A stretch of DNA of 64,000 nt from Oscillospiraceae bacterium (GTDB taxonomy: Bacteria > Bacillota > Clostridia > Oscillospirales > CAG-272). The position numbers and the translations under genes were made by a program. Position 1 is the stretch's first letter. Every line of letters begins with the position of its first letter. The stretch covers positions 6,942 through 70,941 of the forward strand of contig SVSM01000003.1 of assembly GCA_015064295.1 (NCBI GenBank), given 5' to 3'. This document shows, in pieces, positions 45,562 through 55,492 of this stretch. A model generated the notes under the pieces. It was not told the origin of the DNA. It worked only from the letters and a program-made list of their open reading frames with translations, and searched no databases.

Positions 45562-46866
45562 ATGGACGTAAGAGAAGCGGCTTTTCTCTCCCTGATTCGC
45601 TGTGAGAACGGCGGCAAATATTCCAATTTAGAGGTGGACTCCGCCATCAAAAAGCACGGCTTTACCGGAGCCGACCGGGCCTTCTTCACGGCCTTGGTCT
45701 ACGGAGTGATCGAAAAACAGATCACCTTAGACTACCTGCTCGGAAGACTTGCCTCAAAGCCCTGGGAGAAGATCGAGCCCAAGATCCGGACGCTCCTGCG
45801 CCTCGGTGCCTACCAGATCCTGTTTCTTGACCGTATCCCCGACAGCGCCGCCTGCAACGAGAGCGTGGAGCTGGCCAAGCTCCATACCCACAAGGGCACC
45901 TCGGGCTTTGTCAACGGTATTTTGCGGAATCTGGCCAGAAGAAAGAACGACCTGCCCTATCCCGAGAAGGGAAGCGACGAGTACCGTTCGGTGCGGTACG
46001 CCTGCCCTCTGTGGCTCTGTCGCCTTTGGCGGGAGCAATACGGCGAGGAGGTCTGTGAGGCCTTACTTGACGCCGTCAACCGTAACCCCCGCATTACCCT
46101 GCGGGTCAATACCCTGAAAACTACCCGCGAAGAGCTGATGGCGCGTTTACGCGATCTCGGTATTGCCTGCGAGCCGACGCTCCTCTCCCCTTACGGGATC
46201 CTGCTGGACGAATATACCCCCGTCAGCGACATAACTCCTCTTGCCGAAGGGCTTTGCTTCGTGCAGGACGAGGCCTCCCAGCTCTGCGCCGCAGCCCTCG
46301 GCGCCAAGCCCGGCGAGAGGGTACTGGATACCTGCTCCTGCCCCGGCGGCAAGAGCTTTGGCATCGCCATGGCCATGCAAAACGAAGGCTCCCTGCTCAG
46401 CATGGACCTTCACGAGAGCAAGCTTTCCTTGGTGGAAAGCGGCGCTGCCCGCCTTGGCATCACCTGTCTTGCTGCGGCGGTACAGAACGGCACCAAGCGT
46501 CGGGAGGAGCTTTTGGAATCCGCCGATCGGGTGCTGTGTGACGTTCCCTGCTCGGGGCTCGGCGTCATCGCCAAAAAGCCGGATCTCCGCCATAAGTCCC
46601 CCGAGGATATGGAACGCCTTCCTGCCGTTCAGTACGCCATTCTGGAGAACGGAGCCGCCTACGTGAAGACCGGCGGGACGCTGCTCTATTCCACCTGCAC
46701 CTTGAACAAAAAGGAAAACGAGGAGATCGTGGCACGCTTTCTTACCGAGCATCCGGAATTTGTGCTCTCCTCCGAGGATATGCCCTTCGGGGAAGCCACG
46801 GTGACGTTTTTTCCTCACCTGCAGGGCACCGACGGCTTCTTCTTAGCAAAATTCCGAAAATCCTGA
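45562..46866 (+). CDS. rsmB: 16S rRNA m5C967 methyltransferase
   Basis: NusB-like N-terminus, VQDEASQ, CSCPGGKS, DVPCSGLG, YSTCT, DGFF. Confidence 0.96.
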   Translation: MDVREAAFLSLIRCENGGKYSNLEVDSAIKKHGFTGADRAFFTALVYGVIEKQITLDYLLGRLASKPWEKIEPKIRTLLRLGAYQILFLDRIPDSAACNESVELAKLHTHKGTSGFVNGILRNLARRKNDLPYPEKGSDEYRSVRYACPLWLCRLWREQYGEEVCEALLDAVNRNPRITLRVNTLKTTREELMARLRDLGIACEPTLLSPYGILLDEYTPVSDITPLAEGLCFVQDEASQLCAAALGAKPGERVLDTCSCPGGKSFGIAMAMQNEGSLLSMDLHESKLSLVESGAARLGITCLAAAVQNGTKRREELLESADRVLCDVPCSGLGVIAKKPDLRHKSPEDMERLPAVQYAILENGAAYVKTGGTLLYSTCTLNKKENEEIVARFLTEHPEFVLSSEDMPFGEATVTFFPHLQGTDGFFLAKFRKS

Positions 46867-46871
46867 TTTTG

Positions 46872-46910
46872 AAGGGGGCCTTCGACCGAAAGGCCCCCTT
46901 ATTTTTTTTT
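46872..46910 (+). terminator. Terminator after rsmB
   Basis: aagggggcctt-cgaccga-aaggccccctt followed by long T run. Confidence 0.88.
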
Positions 46911-47079
46911 GCCAAAATTTTCCGAAAATCCGATAAAATAAAAATAAAAACGTCGGAATCCCTTGCGAAACGGGAAAAAATATGGTATAATACAAAGGAT
47001 TACGGGAGAAACCAAACCGATCAATCTAATTATGAGCCGGAAAGGAGAGTCCGCACTCCCGGCGGACGAGAAATTTCGG

Positions 47080-48201
47080 ATGGAACATACCTACTACGGT
47101 CAGCTTTCAGTCATCGGTATGCCGGGCTGTGAGAAATTTGTGGAGGAGGTAGACAGCTACCTTCACGAGTGGAGAGGCAGCCGTGCAAGCGAGACCTTTA
47201 TCGTTACCCCCGATTGCAAGCGCTTCGGAAACGGCGAGGGCAAGGCAGTCCTCCATGAATCCCTGCGGGGCCATGACGTATACATCATCGCCGATATGTA
47301 TAATTACGGGGTCAAGTACAAGATGTACGGTCAGGAATATCCCATGAGCCCCGACAACCATTTTGCCGACCTTAAGCGCGTCATCAACGCCATCGCCGGT
47401 AAGGCACGTCGCATTACCGTCATCATGCCCATGCTTTACGAAAGCCGTCAGGATAAGCGCCACGTTCGCGAGTCCCTGGACTGTGCCGTGGCTCTCCAGG
47501 AGCTGGAGAACATGGGCGTCACGAATATCGTGACCTTTGACGTGCATAATATCGGTATACAGAACGCCGTGCCGCTGATCGGCTTCGATAACGTTCAGTG
47601 CGCCTATCAGATGATCAAGGCCCTGATCAATCAGGTCCACGACATTCAGCTGGACAAGGATCACGTCATGATGATCTCCCCCGACGAGGGCGGTATGAAC
47701 CGTTGTATGTACTATTCCTCCCTTCTGTCGCTGGATCTCGGTATGTTCTATAAGCGCCGTGACTACACGGTAGTGGTCAACGGCAAGAACCCCATCATCG
47801 CGCACGAGTACCTCGGCCGCTCGGTCAAGGGCAAGGACGTGATCATCGTGGACGACATCATCTCCTCCGGCCAGTCGATCCTTGACGTGGCCTCCAGCCT
47901 GAAGGAGAGAGGCGCCAAGCGCATCTTTGCCTTTGCTTCCTTCGGCCTCTTTAACGAGGGCCTTGAGAATATCGACAAGGCCTACGCTGACGGCGTGATC
48001 ACCAAGATCTTTACCACCAATCTAATCTACCGCTCGCCTGAGCTTCTGAAGCGGGAGTGGTACACGGAGGTAGATCTGGGCAAGTACGTGGCGCTTCTCA
48101 TCGATACGCTGAACCGTGACGAGTCCATCAGCCACCTGCTGAAGCCCGCCGAGCGCATTAAGGCGCTGCTTGCCAAGGTTCAGGGTACCGACGCAACCTA
48201 A
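47080..48201 (+). CDS. prs: Ribose-phosphate pyrophosphokinase
   Basis: RFGNGEG, YESRQDK, SPDEGG, YKRR, IIVDDIISSG; start may be 47032; promoter TTGCGA-17-TATAAT at 46963-46991. Confidence 0.93.
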   Translation: MEHTYYGQLSVIGMPGCEKFVEEVDSYLHEWRGSRASETFIVTPDCKRFGNGEGKAVLHESLRGHDVYIIADMYNYGVKYKMYGQEYPMSPDNHFADLKRVINAIAGKARRITVIMPMLYESRQDKRHVRESLDCAVALQELENMGVTNIVTFDVHNIGIQNAVPLIGFDNVQCAYQMIKALINQVHDIQLDKDHVMMISPDEGGMNRCMYYSSLLSLDLGMFYKRRDYTVVVNGKNPIIAHEYLGRSVKGKDVIIVDDIISSGQSILDVASSLKERGAKRIFAFASFGLFNEGLENIDKAYADGVITKIFTTNLIYRSPELLKREWYTEVDLGKYVALLIDTLNRDESISHLLKPAERIKALLAKVQGTDAT

Positions 48202-48276
48202 TGAACTACCAAACGAGACGGGGCTGCCGCATTTGCGGCAACCCCGTTTGCTCAAAAAGCGAAAGGAATGACGGAT

Positions 48277-48456
48277 ATGGAGAATCGAGAATGCTGGCAG
48301 GGCTTTTACGCCCTGTTTGAAAAGGCCTCCATTACCGAGCTGGAGGAGATGCTTGCTTTGGCCGAAAGCCGGGAAGAAAAGATCCTCTGGCGGGCGCTGA
48401 TCAATCTGAAGCTCCAGCTGAAGCAAGAGGCCATCGTCGGGGAGATCCTGCTATGA
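48277..48456 (+). CDS. Small helical hypothetical protein (candidate antitoxin)
   Basis: AAAGGA RBS 9 nt before ATG 48277; ATGA overlap with next gene. Confidence 0.7.
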   Translation: MENRECWQGFYALFEKASITELEEMLALAESREEKILWRALINLKLQLKQEAIVGEILL

Positions 48457-49034
48457 GTGAGGCCCCTGTCTTTACCATTATCGCCGGCATTAACGGGGCG
48501 GGGAAGACCTCCTTATATCACGTTCTAAAGGATAGCGAGGATCTTGGCGAGCGTATCAACATCGACGAGCTGGCCAAGGAGGAGGGCGATTGGCGGGATC
48601 CGCGGGCGCAAATTCATGCGGGACGTACCGCTATGGCCATGATTGCCGAATATATTGAGGCGGGCCGCTCCTTTCATATGGAAACGACCCTGCCGGGAAC
48701 CGCCATCGTCAAGCAGATCCGTGAGGCCAAGGCCCACGGCTTTTCGGTCTGCCTCTATTTCGTGGGTGTGGACGACGTGAAGGTGGCCATCGAACGGGTG
48801 CATCAGCGCATGGCTCACGGGGGTCACGGCATCGGTGATAAGTTCATTTTGAAGCGCTATTACCAGCTCAATAACAATCTGCGGCGGGTGCTGCCCCTCT
48901 GCGATGCGGCGATCCTCTTTGACAATACCGTCAGGTTCCGTCAGGTGGCCATTTTGGAGGACAAGCGGCTGATCGACTGCGACCGCGATCTGCCCTATTG
49001 GTTCATCGATCTCATTGACGAGCTTCCCGATTGA
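48453..49034 (+). CDS. Zeta-toxin-like P-loop kinase/ATPase
   Basis: IIAGINGAGKTS, INIDE, SFHMETTL, RVHQRMAHGGHGI, LFDNT. Confidence 0.85.
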   Translation: MSEAPVFTIIAGINGAGKTSLYHVLKDSEDLGERINIDELAKEEGDWRDPRAQIHAGRTAMAMIAEYIEAGRSFHMETTLPGTAIVKQIREAKAHGFSVCLYFVGVDDVKVAIERVHQRMAHGGHGIGDKFILKRYYQLNNNLRRVLPLCDAAILFDNTVRFRQVAILEDKRLIDCDRDLPYWFIDLIDELPD

Positions 49035-49047
49035 CGAAAGGAATCTT

Positions 49048-49710
49048 ATGTATACGGCACATCGACACTTTATTTTTGACCTTGACGGTACCTTGGCCTA
49101 TACCATCGGGGATCTGCGCTCCGCCATGAACGGGATGCTCCGCCACTTCGGATGGCGGGAGATCTCCGAGGAGGAGGCACTGCAAAACATCAACTTCGGC
49201 GCCCGACAGTTCGTGCGGGGCTGTATGCCGGAGGCGTATCGGGAGGACGAGGGCATGGTTGACCGTGCCTTTGCCAAATATTCCGAATGCTACGCCAAGG
49301 AGTACCTGAAGACCACCTGCCTTTACCCCGGCGTCGGGGAGGGCATCGCTTACTTAAAGGCGCAGGGGGCACGGATGGCCGTTTTCTCCAACAAGCAGGA
49401 TGCCCAGACCAAGGCCATTTGCGAGAAGCTCTTTCCTGCCGATACCTTTGCCATCGTGCTGGGGAACAACGGCGTCTTTCCGCATAAGCCATCCCCCGAA
49501 GGGGCGCTGTACGTGGCAGAGGTTCTGGGAGCCTGTCCCGAGGACATTGTTTTCGTGGGGGATTCCGACGTGGATATGAAGACCGCCGCCAATGCGGGAA
49601 TGCATCCCGTTGGCGTTTCCTGGGGCTACCGCCCCAAGGAGCTGCTTCTGTCCCTCGGGGCAGAGACGATCTTGACCTCGCTTGAGGATATCGAGAATCT
49701 GATAAAATGA
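49048..49710 (+). CDS. HAD-family hydrolase (phosphoglycolate-phosphatase-like)
   Basis: FDLDGTL, SNK, KPSP, VGDSDVD. Confidence 0.93.
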   Translation: MYTAHRHFIFDLDGTLAYTIGDLRSAMNGMLRHFGWREISEEEALQNINFGARQFVRGCMPEAYREDEGMVDRAFAKYSECYAKEYLKTTCLYPGVGEGIAYLKAQGARMAVFSNKQDAQTKAICEKLFPADTFAIVLGNNGVFPHKPSPEGALYVAEVLGACPEDIVFVGDSDVDMKTAANAGMHPVGVSWGYRPKELLLSLGAETILTSLEDIENLIK

Positions 49711-49728
49711 ACCGATTACGATAAAAGA

Positions 49729-49763
49729 AAAAACGCATTCATGTGTCATGAATGCGTTTTTTG
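49729..49763. terminator. Bidirectional terminator
   Basis: aaaaacgcattcatg-tgt-catgaatgcgttttt. Confidence 0.85.
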
Positions 49764-50519
49764 TTATCCCAGTAAGACGTCCGACACCAGCATGACACAG
49801 AAGCCCACCAGAAGGGCGTAGGTCGCTCCCCGCTGGCTGCCGTGGGCATGGGTCTCGGGGATCATTTCATCGCTGATGACGTAGAGCATGGTGCCGCCTG
49901 CAAAGGCAAGAGCAAAGGGAAGAATGGCCGAGGCGATACTCACGGCGAAATAGCCGAGCAGGGTTCCCACCACCTCAACCAGGCCGGTAATCAGGGCGGC
50001 GACAAAGGTCTTTCTTGGGGAGATCCCGGCGGCCAGCATGGGGCCGATGATGACCATGCCCTCGGGGATATTCTGAAGAGCAATACCGCCTGCAATGAGG
50101 AGGGCCTCCGACACGTTGCCCGATCCGAAGCCCACGCCGGCGGCGATGCCCTCGGGGAGGTTATGGATGGCAATGGCCGTGACGAAGAGGAGCACCTTGC
50201 TCAGGTTGGCGTTACCCCGGTGATGCTCGTCTTCGACACCCATCAGGCGGTGCAGATGGGGGACCACCTTATCGATGACGTTGAGGCAGAGGGCGCCGCA
50301 GAAGATGCCCGCCACCGTGATCAGAAGGCCGAGCTTACCACCGTATTCCACCGATGGGAGGATCAGGCCCAGCACCGCGGCGGCCAACATGACGCCGGCG
50401 GCAAAGGCCAATACGATGTCGCTGAATTTGTGGGAGATCTTTTTGAAGCAAAAGCCGATGATCGAGCCGATCACCGTGGCGCCCCCTACACCGAGGGCAG
50501 TCAAAAGTACCATGTCCAT
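49764..50519 (-). CDS. ZIP-family metal transporter (ZupT/GufA-like)
   Basis: AFAAGVML, HNLPEG, QNIPEG, AGGTMLYV..EMIPE. Confidence 0.93.
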   Translation of the reverse strand: MDMVLLTALGVGGATVIGSIIGFCFKKISHKFSDIVLAFAAGVMLAAAVLGLILPSVEYGGKLGLLITVAGIFCGALCLNVIDKVVPHLHRLMGVEDEHHRGNANLSKVLLFVTAIAIHNLPEGIAAGVGFGSGNVSEALLIAGGIALQNIPEGMVIIGPMLAAGISPRKTFVAALITGLVEVVGTLLGYFAVSIASAILPFALAFAGGTMLYVISDEMIPETHAHGSQRGATYALLVGFCVMLVSDVLLG

Positions 50520-50534
50520 AAGAGACTCCTTTCG

Positions 50535-52817
50535 TCAGGAAGGTTTTTGAAAGAGAATGAGACGGTAAAAGCGTTCCTCGGTCCGTACCCTGTCGTAGGC
50601 GGTGCCGTAGGCCTCGTTTCCTTCGCTATTGGAGACCAGAACGGTGCCGCCGGGCGGGGAGGCAAGAGGAACCTTGACGTTGGGGCCGTGGATGCCCAGC
50701 AGGGTTAGATCGGCAGAATCGGCGGTGGGTAGCACTTGCTCCCACAGCGGCGATTCGGTCATGCCGGCACCCAGATAGACGAGGGTGCCGTTTCCCTTCA
50801 CGGTAAGGGAGCAGAGGGGCTGAACCGATCGATCCAAAAAGCCGATTGGCGTCGTGGTGAGGGTAAAGCCCCCGAAGGCAATGACACCGCCGGCCTCGGA
50901 GGAATAGGGGATCACCGTGACGCCCCGCTTCTCGGCCTCACGGGTGAGGGCCTCGGCCACCTCGTCGGTGGTTTCGTCGTAAGGGGAGGGAAAAAGAAGA
51001 TAGGAGAGGCGGTGATTGTCGGCCAAACGGACAAAGGAATTGATATGCTTGCGGTGCAGGTGCGTTAAGAATAGCCCGTCGGGGGAGCTGTCGTTCAGGA
51101 CTGCCGAGGAGAGAGCGGCGGCACTCTTCAGGTTGGAGTAGCTTCCGTCCGACATATCGCATAGCAGGGTCTTGCCGTTTTCGTGGAGGAGTAGATAGTC
51201 GTTCTTCAGGATATTGACGGCGACGATGCTTTGCGCGCCGTGGGTTTGGTGGCGGTAGAGAGCGTAGCTCCCGCCGAACACCGCCGAAAAGACCACAATG
51301 GGCACAAGAAGCGTCACCAGACGCTTCTTTCCCAGCAGGAATAGCATGAGAAAGGCAAGCGCCGACAGGAAAAAGGCAAACAGGGTAAAGGTAAACCGCA
51401 GGCTGATGGGTTCGATGACCCGTGCGGCCAGCTTCTCTGCCATGTGGAGCAGCAGCCCCGCCAGATCTCCCGTCGAGGCGGCAAACAGGCCGGCAAGAGG
51501 CGTGCCGTAAAGGAGAAGCGTCAACAGGGCAAGAAGGAGCATCGTACCGGTCAGGGGCAAAAACAACAGGTTACTGAAGGGCGAAACGAGACTGCATTCC
51601 CCAAAGTACCAGGCCGAAAAGGGGAGAGTAAAGAAGACGGCCGACACCGTAACGGCCATGGCGGCCAGCGCTTTTCCCAGCAGCTTGATGGGGAAAGGAC
51701 TTTTGGCCGTCTTTTTCAATAGGAAGGAGGCCAGGGGACTGCCGAGAGCGATGATGCCCGCCGTAGCGGAGACTGAAAGAAGAAAGCCCACGTCGGTGAC
51801 GGCGTTGGGAGATAGGAGAAGAATGAGTGCCGCTGCCAGTGCAAGGGCCGTCGGAGGGTCGTAGCGCTCTCCCGTGATAAAGGCCACCAGCGTCAGAAAC
51901 AGCATAATACCCGAACGCAGGACAGAGGCGGGAAAGCCGGTAAGAGCAGCGAAAAAGACGATCATGACCGAGGCGCTCAGCAGCTGGAGCCACGGAGGTG
52001 CTCGGAAAATACGGATGAAGATCAGCAGGCCACCCACTAAAACCGACAGATGCAGACCGCTGACGGCAAGGATGTGGGAGAGGCCGAGGAAGCGGAAGTC
52101 CCGCTTGACGTTGTCGGTGACATCGTCCCTTCTGCCCAGCAGGATGCCGGAAAGGAAGCCGCCCCTTTCCTCATCGAACAGCAGCCGGAGCCGTGCCGAT
52201 AGAGCGCTTGACAGGCGGGAGAGACGGGAGGCGATACCCCCATTCCCCGGCGTGACGGCGACCTCGCCCTCCTCATCTCCCGTAGCCACGAGAAAAATGC
52301 CGTCGGAGGCGTAGTAGCTTCGGGTAGGGAAGCCGTTATCCTCTTCGGGTGGCAGGGACAGCGTCACTGACAGGGTGATGAGATCGCCCACCTCGGCGTC
52401 GCAGTCCCTCGGGATCTCAAGCAGCACCGAAAAGGAGACCGCCTCACCCTTCCACTCCTCGGCCTTGGCGGTATAGAGCGACAGATAGTCGCTGGTGTAG
52501 GTGACGTCGGTGACGGTGGCGGTCAGCGTCCCCTGTTCTCCGTCACGGGCGGTCATGTCGGCCACGTGCACGTCGAACCAGAGCCACGAGGACAGACAAC
52601 CGGCAAACAGCCCAATCAAAATGGGCAGGACGGGAGAGAGGGATGGCTTTCGCCCGGGACGGAGCAGCGTGCGGAGCAGGATCAGTGCGGCGGCTGACAC
52701 CGCAAACAGCAGAAGACATATGAGCTTCCCCCAAGCGGAAAGCAGCCGTAGACAAAATGCCGCTCCCGCAAAGCAGGTGCAGACGGTCAGAAGCGGTCGG
52801 TGTTTTAGGTATTCCAT
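50535..52817 (-). CDS. comEC: ComEC/Rec2 DNA-uptake channel protein
   Basis: GLSHILAVSGLH, SVLRSGIM, GFLLS..AT, C-terminal MBL-like THLHRKH; promoter TTGCAA-17-TATAAT on minus strand at 52845-52873. Confidence 0.92.
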   Translation of the reverse strand: MEYLKHRPLLTVCTCFAGAAFCLRLLSAWGKLICLLLFAVSAAALILLRTLLRPGRKPSLSPVLPILIGLFAGCLSSWLWFDVHVADMTARDGEQGTLTATVTDVTYTSDYLSLYTAKAEEWKGEAVSFSVLLEIPRDCDAEVGDLITLSVTLSLPPEEDNGFPTRSYYASDGIFLVATGDEEGEVAVTPGNGGIASRLSRLSSALSARLRLLFDEERGGFLSGILLGRRDDVTDNVKRDFRFLGLSHILAVSGLHLSVLVGGLLIFIRIFRAPPWLQLLSASVMIVFFAALTGFPASVLRSGIMLFLTLVAFITGERYDPPTALALAAALILLLSPNAVTDVGFLLSVSATAGIIALGSPLASFLLKKTAKSPFPIKLLGKALAAMAVTVSAVFFTLPFSAWYFGECSLVSPFSNLLFLPLTGTMLLLALLTLLLYGTPLAGLFAASTGDLAGLLLHMAEKLAARVIEPISLRFTFTLFAFFLSALAFLMLFLLGKKRLVTLLVPIVVFSAVFGGSYALYRHQTHGAQSIVAVNILKNDYLLLHENGKTLLCDMSDGSYSNLKSAAALSSAVLNDSSPDGLFLTHLHRKHINSFVRLADNHRLSYLLFPSPYDETTDEVAEALTREAEKRGVTVIPYSSEAGGVIAFGGFTLTTTPIGFLDRSVQPLCSLTVKGNGTLVYLGAGMTESPLWEQVLPTADSADLTLLGIHGPNVKVPLASPPGGTVLVSNSEGNEAYGTAYDRVRTEERFYRLILFQKPS

Positions 52818-52932
52818 GGATTCCTCGGAAAAGGTTGTCACACCATTATAGCACAGTTTGCACGCCGTTGCAAGGAATAACGGCAAATAATCCGTCAACA
52901 CTCCCTTATAACACCGAAAGACGGAGGGTATT

Positions 52933-53238
52933 ATGCAGATCCATCGCTATCTCAACGGAAAACCGATCACCAGAAAGGAATTATCCCACCTGGAGCTTCA
53001 GACCGACGCGCTGAAAAGCGCCGTGCTTGACGCCAGAAGGCGGGTAGAGCAGGGGATGAACGGGGTGGGGGCCTCCGGCGCGACGGAAGGGCAAGTTCTT
53101 TTCGCTGTCCCCGGGGAGGAACGGAGGCTTTTCTCCGGTGCGCCAGAGGCACAGGAGGGTTCCTCTGTCACAGGGGAGAGGCAGGGACTTTTTTCTGCGG
53201 CGGGAGGAGAACGCTCCCCCATGCAGCATGAGGCGTGA
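52933..53238 (+). CDS. Small hypothetical protein upstream of recombinase
   Basis: GGAGG RBS; stop overlaps recombinase start (GTGATG). Confidence 0.7.
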   Translation: MQIHRYLNGKPITRKELSHLELQTDALKSAVLDARRRVEQGMNGVGASGATEGQVLFAVPGEERRLFSGAPEAQEGSSVTGERQGLFSAAGGERSPMQHEA

Positions 53239-54629
53239 TGACGAAGGAGCGTAAGAGCGCCGCCCTTTATGTCCGCGTCTCCACCGATGCCCAGCGGGAG
53301 GAGGGCTACTCCATTGAGGCCCAACAGGAAATGTTGATTGCCTACTGCGTCAGCCGCGGCATCGCCGATTACCGCCTCTATATCGACGGCGGCTTCAGCG
53401 GCAGCAACATCGAGCGTCCCGAAATGACCCGCCTGATCGCCGACATTCGTTTGGGACGGATCAGCCATGTCATCGTTTACAAGCTGGACCGCCTCTCCCG
53501 CAGTCAGAAGGACACCCTGTACCTCATTGAGGACATTCTCATTCCCCACGGTGTCAGCTTCGTGTCGCTGAACGAGAACATGGACACCGCCACCCCCATC
53601 GGCCGTGCCATGCTGGGCATCATGTCGGCCTTTGCCCAGCTGGAGCGGGAGACCATCCGCGAGCGTACCCGTATGGGGATGAAGGAACGGGTGAAAAGCG
53701 GTCTGTGGCCGGGGGGCGGGAAGGTTCCCTTCGGTTATGATTACGATGCGGCGCAGGGGATTTTAGTGCCCAATGCCGATGCCGATACCGTGCGGCTGAT
53801 GTACGACCTCTACCGCAAGGGATGGTCGATGATGGCCATTGCCCGCTATACGGGGCTGAAATACGAGCGTCTGGCCGAGCAGATCCTCCGCCGCAAGACC
53901 AACGCCGGCTACATCGTTTACAACGGCGTTGAATACAAGGGTAAGCACGAGGGGCTCATCTCCGAAACGGAATACGAGGAGACCATGCGGCTGATGGCCG
54001 AGCGTGCCCGGGGGAGCCGGGGAGGGGCCAAGCACCTCCTGGCAGGGCTGGTGGAATGCGGCGTCTGCGGGGCCAAGATGCGGTATCAGAAGTGGGGAAA
54101 GGCGGGGTACAAGATCTACTGCTATTCTCAAGACAAGGGAAAGCCCCATCTTGCCAAATCCGATCACTGCAACAATCGGAAGCTGTGGGCCGAGGAGCTG
54201 GAGGAGGCGGTGATCGCCGACCTCTTTGCCATGTCCTCCCGCAAGCTGGGAGAGGATACGGGGGAGGAACGTCGGGGCAAGGGGCTGGACGAGCTGTTGC
54301 GGGGGCAGATCGACCGTCTTGAACGGAAGCTGAAAAACCTCTATCATCTCTACGGTGACAGCGGGGACGAGACCCTGGAGGAGACCATTGCCGACACCCG
54401 AAAGGAGCTGTCGGAGACAAAGGAGCGTCTTTCTGCCCTGCTTTCCGAGGCCGGAGACGCAAGGCGTCAGCAGGCTCTTTGGCAGGAGATCCGATCGGCC
54501 GAGGAGGCCTGGGATTTCATGACGCAGACCGAAAAGCAGAGCGTCCTGCGGAGCTGTATTGAGAAGATCGTCGTCACCTACGACCGCACCGATCTCTATT
54601 ACAAGGTCTTGACAGAACAGAGCCCATAG
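53238..54629 (+). CDS. Large serine recombinase (resolvase, recombinase, zinc-ribbon and coiled-coil domains)
   Basis: YVRVSTDAQ catalytic Ser, YKLDRLSR, AQLERETIRER, PFGY, LLAGLVECGVCG..C..C; start 53235 or 53238. Confidence 0.95.
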   Translation: MTKERKSAALYVRVSTDAQREEGYSIEAQQEMLIAYCVSRGIADYRLYIDGGFSGSNIERPEMTRLIADIRLGRISHVIVYKLDRLSRSQKDTLYLIEDILIPHGVSFVSLNENMDTATPIGRAMLGIMSAFAQLERETIRERTRMGMKERVKSGLWPGGGKVPFGYDYDAAQGILVPNADADTVRLMYDLYRKGWSMMAIARYTGLKYERLAEQILRRKTNAGYIVYNGVEYKGKHEGLISETEYEETMRLMAERARGSRGGAKHLLAGLVECGVCGAKMRYQKWGKAGYKIYCYSQDKGKPHLAKSDHCNNRKLWAEELEEAVIADLFAMSSRKLGEDTGEERRGKGLDELLRGQIDRLERKLKNLYHLYGDSGDETLEETIADTRKELSETKERLSALLSEAGDARRQQALWQEIRSAEEAWDFMTQTEKQSVLRSCIEKIVVTYDRTDLYYKVLTEQSP

Positions 54630-54637
54630 GGTATAAT
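54609..54637 (+). promoter_or_regulatory. Sigma-A promoter overlapping the recombinase 3' end
   Basis: TTGACA (54609)-17-TATAAT (54632). Confidence 0.85.
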
Positions 54638-54670
54638 AAAAACAAGACTTGCCGCAATAAGGAGACCGAT

Positions 54671-55441
54671 ATGGGACGCTTTGGAAGCCCGACTCTCGGC
54701 TATCACGCCGAGGCCGATGAAAACGATATTCCCGAACTGAATAAATGTCCGTCCTGCGGCGCGTTTTTTGACGGTGACGTCTGCCCCATCTGCAAAACGG
54801 TCTGCCCCGAAGAGATGAAGGCGGGAAACCGCGCCAAGTTCAAAAAGAAAAAGAAAAAAGAAAAGCCGGTGGGCTACAAGGTGCCTCCGGTGTGGTATCT
54901 TCAGACCTGGTTTATCCTGTTGGTCCTCTGTGTATCCCAGTTCATCGGCGTCATCTTGGTATGGCTGAGCGACTGGAAAAAGTGGGTCAAGGTCACCGTC
55001 ACGGTGTTGGCCTTGGGCGGCGGATATCTCGTCGGCTTGTTGTACTTCCCGCTGTTCCAGCTATTCCAAAAGCCCCCGGAATACGTGAATTACGATTTGC
55101 CCGAGAGCGAATACCGCGAGCAGTGCGACCCCCTGGACTACGAGAGTCTCATGCGGGAGCCGGAGGACTATATCGATCGGTATATGGTTTTGACCCTGAC
55201 GGTGGAGTCGGTCAAGTACGTGGACGGCTATGATATGTCCTTTACCGGGGACGTGATCCTTGCCCTTGACGGAGAGGGACACTCCTATCTCGTCTACGAT
55301 TGCCGCAAGGACGGTAAGAACATTCTTACGGGGGATACCGTTACCGTTTTTGGCCAGTTCGGCGGCGTGGACGTGGAAACGGCCTTTGACTACTACGTGA
55401 GATACCCGATCGTGTACGGTGCGTACCTTGACATTGGGTAA
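54671..55441 (+). CDS. Hypothetical membrane protein with N-terminal zinc ribbon and C-terminal OB-fold-like domain
   Basis: CPSC..CPIC, WYLQTWF TM region, YESLMREPEDY..ILTGDTVTVFG; AAGGAG RBS. Confidence 0.8.
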   Translation: MGRFGSPTLGYHAEADENDIPELNKCPSCGAFFDGDVCPICKTVCPEEMKAGNRAKFKKKKKKEKPVGYKVPPVWYLQTWFILLVLCVSQFIGVILVWLSDWKKWVKVTVTVLALGGGYLVGLLYFPLFQLFQKPPEYVNYDLPESEYREQCDPLDYESLMREPEDYIDRYMVLTLTVESVKYVDGYDMSFTGDVILALDGEGHSYLVYDCRKDGKNILTGDTVTVFGQFGGVDVETAFDYYVRYPIVYGAYLDIG

Positions 55442-55446
55442 TGTAT

Positions 55447-55487
55447 GAAAAAAGACAGAGAACGCGACGTTCTCTGTCTTTTTTGTG
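55447..55487. terminator. Bidirectional terminator
   Basis: aaaaaagacagagaacg-cga-cgttctctgtctttttt. Confidence 0.85.
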
Positions 55488-55492
55488 TTTTC

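Noticed and set aside
47041-47079. Hairpin between a strong SD-like sequence and the prs start
   Set aside because: Single short stem and uncertain start codon; too little to call a regulatory RNA.
52874-52905. Sporulation-sigma promoter for the recombinase operon (GAATAA...CAACACT)
   Set aside because: The -10 match to SigE or SigG consensus is too weak.
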